DNA of 64,000 nucleotides, from assembly GCA_963667015.2 (NCBI GenBank), contig CAXXJJ010000004.1, forward strand, positions 1,088,001 through 1,152,000, written 5' to 3'. The notes under the pieces were generated by a model. That model had not been told where the DNA came from, did no database searches, and saw only the letters and a list, made by a program, of their open reading frames with translations. This DNA is from Desulfatiglandales bacterium. Its GTDB lineage: Bacteria; Desulfobacterota; DSM-4660; Desulfatiglandales; HGW-15. Every line of letters starts with the position of its first letter. The first letter of the stretch is position 1. Positions 60,421 through 64,000 of this stretch are shown here, piece by piece. The position numbers and the translations under genes were made by a program.

Positions 60421-60451
60421 AAAAAAGCCTGCTTTTAGAAAGCAGGCTTTT
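60421..60451 (-). terminator. Intrinsic terminator downstream of the tRNA fragment
   Basis: AAAAGCCTGCTTT-TAG-AAAGCAGGCTTTT with A-run on the left. Confidence 0.75.
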
Positions 60452-60461
60452 GTAGTTTTAA

Positions 60462-60484
60462 TGGTGCCGGAGGTCGGAACTGAA
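60462..60484 (-). other. tRNA 3'-end fragment (probably Leu) marking an att site
   Basis: Minus strand TTCAGTTCCGACCTCCGGCACCA; rest of the tRNA is absent. Confidence 0.7.
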
Positions 60485-60934
60485 TGTGTATACAACTCCG
60501 AAGTGTAGCAAATCTATAAATACCTAATATCATTAATTATTACCATCAATGTTACTTCGGTCCTTTTGCCGTTGTGTATACAGGTTGTGGATACAAATGT
60601 GTATACAAAAGCTTCCGAAGTGTATTGAGATTAAAGATCACTGTCAACCTTCTTATTTAAAATCCATAAAGATAAACTACAAGAAAGGCTGTGGGGTTCA
60701 TTCTCACGGCCTTTTCTATTTCACGCAGTATATGAACCTTTTAAGGAGTTATCTTTCCGTTTCCTCCATGGTAGGCTTGGTCTACCATAAAACACGACCT
60801 TGCCCGTGTATAACTGCAAGGTAATTTCATAGCCGTTTATACGGCATTCTCCTTTCTGTCGGGCAGTCAGTAGGCTTTCTTATTCAACCATTGGTCTACT
60901 GGCTGTCCATCTCCTTCTTTTTCTATTATTTGAC

Positions 60935-61630
60935 CTAACAAATTTCAAAATAGTTAGTCGGATAAAGTGCTAAATACACATGAGAAAATCCGAGATTGGG
61001 GATTGAAAGCTTGTGGTAATTCGGGTGAAACATTCCAGATTCATATGTTTGATTAGCAACAATGAGTAATATAATCTCTGAATATTTTTGTTTATAGCCT
61101 TCCAGTTTAAAAGCCTTTCCTTTGATTTTTTTAAGTAAATCTTCTTTATAGAGTGGTTGAGATAAACCTACATGATTTTCTATAATACTCCATTTATCGT
61201 AATTACTGAATTTATCAGGTAGCCTGTCAATCCAAACATTCAAAAGGCATTTTTCATGAGGTTCAAACTCATATTCGATGGATTCACCAACCTTAATGTT
61301 GCTCTTAGTAATCAGCTCATCGATCATTAAAGAGTGATCAAAATCCAACTCTCCTCTCTGTATGGATATTTCAACCTCAATAGCTTTATTAGATAACTGA
61401 TAGTATTCCTTTGAGACAGCTGAAAGCCATGCGCTTCTTAAAGCCTCAGTTGTTTTCACAGGAGAACCTTTCTTCTTCTCTTTTTTAAATAAACCTGTAA
61501 CCTCTAATCCAATTGTTTTATCTGAAAATTCAATTTTAAAATCAGGTGCCTCATCCGCTACAATATTACATTTCCACCCTATTTTGTTAACAAACCACTC
61601 GACATAAAATTTTTCTTCACTTTTATTCAT
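60935..61630 (-). CDS. Hypothetical protein, PD-(D/E)xK nuclease-like
   Basis: DEAPDFKIEFSDKTIGLEVT motif; KKIKGKAFKLEGY...IILLIV. Confidence 0.55.
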   Translation of the reverse strand: MNKSEEKFYVEWFVNKIGWKCNIVADEAPDFKIEFSDKTIGLEVTGLFKKEKKKGSPVKTTEALRSAWLSAVSKEYYQLSNKAIEVEISIQRGELDFDHSLMIDELITKSNIKVGESIEYEFEPHEKCLLNVWIDRLPDKFSNYDKWSIIENHVGLSQPLYKEDLLKKIKGKAFKLEGYKQKYSEIILLIVANQTYESGMFHPNYHKLSIPNLGFSHVYLALYPTNYFEIC

Positions 61631-61678
61631 GACTAATATTGATTAGTTAGAGGATTATCGAGATATTAACGCCACATT

Positions 61679-61957
61679 TTAAGTGGGAACATCAGGTTTA
61701 CTTTCCAATACTTCTTTGTTTATTCTATCTCTCTCAGACTTTTTACATTCTTCACTCCAAAATGTTAACACGAATGCAGGCGTAATCCAGAATAAAACAC
61801 CTATTGTGCCAGCGATAAACCAACCTGTTTGAGGCTGAAGCCATTGAATTAACTTAAAGCCTATAATAAATAAAAAGATTGCATAAATTATCAACCATAT
61901 CTTTCCGATAGTTCTAAATATAGTTTTTACTAATGTTGTATCAGACAAGGTATACAC
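61679..61957 (-). CDS. Small two-TM membrane protein
   Basis: RBS-like GAGG, GTG start, two hydrophobic segments. Confidence 0.55.
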   Translation of the reverse strand: MYTLSDTTLVKTIFRTIGKIWLIIYAIFLFIIGFKLIQWLQPQTGWFIAGTIGVLFWITPAFVLTFWSEECKKSERDRINKEVLESKPDVPT

Positions 61958-62177
61958 CTCGCTATTATTGGTTGAGGTTGATTAAGATGGGAGCCATGAA
62001 TTAATTTATACCATAAAAATGTGAAGCGGTATACGTAAGATAGCTGTTAGGGTTTTCCCCCCGGGTGACCCCTCAAGCTTTACTACAGGCAGGACTTGAA
62101 GCTCACAGCAGGTGAAGCGAGTTGACCTATCTATATCTATAGGGCTTGAAGAGATAGCACTCACGTAAGGATAAACA

Positions 62178-62837
62178 TCAAAGCTCAAGCCTTTTAATAA
62201 CTCTCTGCACCTGACACAGTGACCACTCTTTACCGGAGAATGTCTTAACTCCCAAATCATTGAGCCTGTCCCTTAATGCTCTCTGAGAGAGTCCTTCCTT
62301 TATGAATGCTTCAAAGGTAGGCTTCATCTTCTCGGCAAACTCACTGGCTTGTGATGCTCTCTGCTTATTACCCTTCTGTAGGTTCTCAACCTTACCGAGT
62401 TTAACACCTCTTTCCTTTGCTTTCTGTAAGGCTGACTTGGTGCGCTCACTGATCAGCTTACCTTCATATTCAGCTACAGCAGACAGGATATGCAGTGTGA
62501 GTTCATTTGCTTCCGGGAAGTCGGCACATATAAACTTCACTTTGGATTCCATAAGTGCAGACACAAAGGCAACATTCCTTGCCAGACGGTCAAGCTTTGC
62601 TATCACCAATGTAGCTTTATTCTTCTTGGCAAACTTAATGGCCTCCTGAAGCACTGGCCTTTTGTTCATTGCTCTGTAGCCTTTCCCGGTCTCAACCTCT
62701 GTGAACTCTTTCAGGAGCTTCCAGTTACCGCCATTAAGATAATTCATGACTGTATCCTTCTGAGCCTCTAAGCCGAGTCCAGACTTGCCCTGATGAGTGG
62801 TAGACACTCTGTAGTATGCAACATACTTTCCTTCCAT
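62178..62837 (-). CDS. Serine recombinase (resolvase family) with C-terminal recombinase-type HTH
   Basis: VAYYRVST, GLGLEAQ, LVIAKLDRLARN, ISERTKSAL; RBS AAGGAGG before 62837. Confidence 0.92.
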   Translation of the reverse strand: MEGKYVAYYRVSTTHQGKSGLGLEAQKDTVMNYLNGGNWKLLKEFTEVETGKGYRAMNKRPVLQEAIKFAKKNKATLVIAKLDRLARNVAFVSALMESKVKFICADFPEANELTLHILSAVAEYEGKLISERTKSALQKAKERGVKLGKVENLQKGNKQRASQASEFAEKMKPTFEAFIKEGLSQRALRDRLNDLGVKTFSGKEWSLCQVQRVIKRLEL

Positions 62838-62967
62838 ATTTCCTCCTTCGATTAAGTGACATCTTTTATAGACCATGGTTCGGTATGTTGTCAAGCTCTA
62901 TATTTTATTCTATTCCTGAAGCGGGAAACCCCTATTATTCTTAGTCTTATACTAATTTAAATGCTTG

Positions 62968-63834
62968 TTACTCGGAGGCATTTTCCTCTTCTTCAAGAAA
63001 GGCCTTGAAGGCACCATCCATCTCCGCATCTCCTATTCCATCAGGATTCTTCTCTATATACTTCCTCATGGCTTTTGAGCGTGACTCTGTGAGATTTTCT
63101 TGAAGTCCTTTTGGAAATTCAACATGCAACCTGATGTTTTTCATCTTATCGGAGGAAAAGAGTTTGCGGACATTCTGCCTTGTCCAAGTTTTACCCTGAA
63201 TGGTTTTAATGCCTTCACTGTTTAGGATATTTGCAATTTCTTGAAAGGACTTTTGCTTTTGCCCTTTGTGTTTCCTTCTCAATTTTTTTATCCGCTTGAG
63301 GACTGCTGGTTGTTCACGGTAATAACCCGGAGCACCAGCAGAACGAGATTTATTTTGAGGATCATTTGCTAAGTCACTTGGTAGCAGGCCTATATGATCT
63401 ATAAGTTTGTCGGTATGGGAAAAGAGAGCAAACAGTTTAATTAAGTCTATAGGTAAATCCTTAGAAAGGCTTTTCGCCTTAGCTTCTGTTGTTACTACCT
63501 CCCCTTCATAAAGGACATCCTTCTCCGTGATTTCTACAACATGCAATCCTTTTGCAGCAAGATAGCAAAGTAATATATTCTGAGTTTCAGGATCATCACC
63601 AAGGTGGTCAATTGATGGGACTGTAATAACTTTAATTGAATTACCTTCTGTCATTATGTCCGACACCATCTCGGTGAACGCTGTATAGCCTTCCTCTAAT
63701 TCAAGATAATGATCATCAATCCCGAAAGGTGCAAAATATCCAGCTTTCATCCCCAACTTTAAAAAATAAGCAACTTCCTTGTAATCCTCTGGGTATCTCA
63801 TGTAAGCAACTGACCTAATAAAACGACTACTCAT
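62968..63834 (-). CDS. Degenerate resolvase-like protein with recombinase HTH
   Basis: VAYMRYPE (no catalytic Ser), VPSIDHLG, SFQEIANILNSEGIKTIQGKTWTRQNV. Confidence 0.65.
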   Translation of the reverse strand: MSSRFIRSVAYMRYPEDYKEVAYFLKLGMKAGYFAPFGIDDHYLELEEGYTAFTEMVSDIMTEGNSIKVITVPSIDHLGDDPETQNILLCYLAAKGLHVVEITEKDVLYEGEVVTTEAKAKSLSKDLPIDLIKLFALFSHTDKLIDHIGLLPSDLANDPQNKSRSAGAPGYYREQPAVLKRIKKLRRKHKGQKQKSFQEIANILNSEGIKTIQGKTWTRQNVRKLFSSDKMKNIRLHVEFPKGLQENLTESRSKAMRKYIEKNPDGIGDAEMDGAFKAFLEEEENASE

Positions 63835-64000
63835 AAAAAGCTTTCCTCCTAATCAAATTTGACCTTCCTTTTAAGAAACTGAGAGTTTCATGTCAAAGCA
63901 ATTTGTCACTTAATGTGAAACCATTTAGAACGTCTTTAATATCAATTAGTTAACTTGCTTTTCTGAAATTAGGACTTCCCTAAGAAAGAAAACACTCCCA

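Larger units (their letters stand above)
60462..64000. mobile_element. Edge of a tRNA-integrated element (continues beyond window)
   Basis: att fragment, TGTGTATACA repeats, serine recombinase genes, orphan ORFs. Confidence 0.7.

Noticed and set aside
60440..60540. Intact tRNA gene
   Set aside because: Only the last ~23 nt are tRNA-like; no D-arm or anticodon arm
60483..60624. CRISPR array from TGTGTATACA repeats
   Set aside because: Repeats are short and irregularly spaced, and no cas genes are present; better explained as att-arm sites

Overview
AT-rich bacterial chromosomal window whose gene content (tungsten AOR, TIGR02147, MinD plus degenerate-J/HTH pair, TonB receptors) suggests an anaerobic Gram-negative Desulfobacterota-like organism; the taxonomy is inference. 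Main blocks: (1) 2.2-11.6 kb, a BlaI repressor with three TACA-NN-TGTA operators heading three tandem BlaR1-like M56 peptidases whose sensor regions are pieces of envelope machines (a shrunken secretin core plus GspD-N0, secretin-N or Wzc-like modules). The middle copy is broken by an A8 frameshift and an ISAzo13-family IS. (2) 13-18 kb, a divergent Mo-hydroxylase subunit, a Tat-exported ferredoxin and a W-AOR in one operon. (3) 19-51 kb, mostly envelope and housekeeping genes, including Prc, an orphan phage DGR-target-like CLec protein, a TIGR02147/beta-propeller/serpin lipoprotein cluster, a heterodimeric ABC exporter and FlgO-like genes behind a sigma28 promoter. (4) 51.7-58.1 kb, a tandem TonB-receptor duplication with a ~450-nt structured 5' leader that I cannot match to a known riboswitch. 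(5) From 60.46 kb, the edge of an element integrated at a tRNA. The best candidates for undescribed systems are the secretin-bait BlaR array and the TBDR leader RNA. A leader-peptide attenuator (12.6-12.8 kb) and a candidate sRNA (40.9 kb) also stand out. All assignments are by eye, without database searches.
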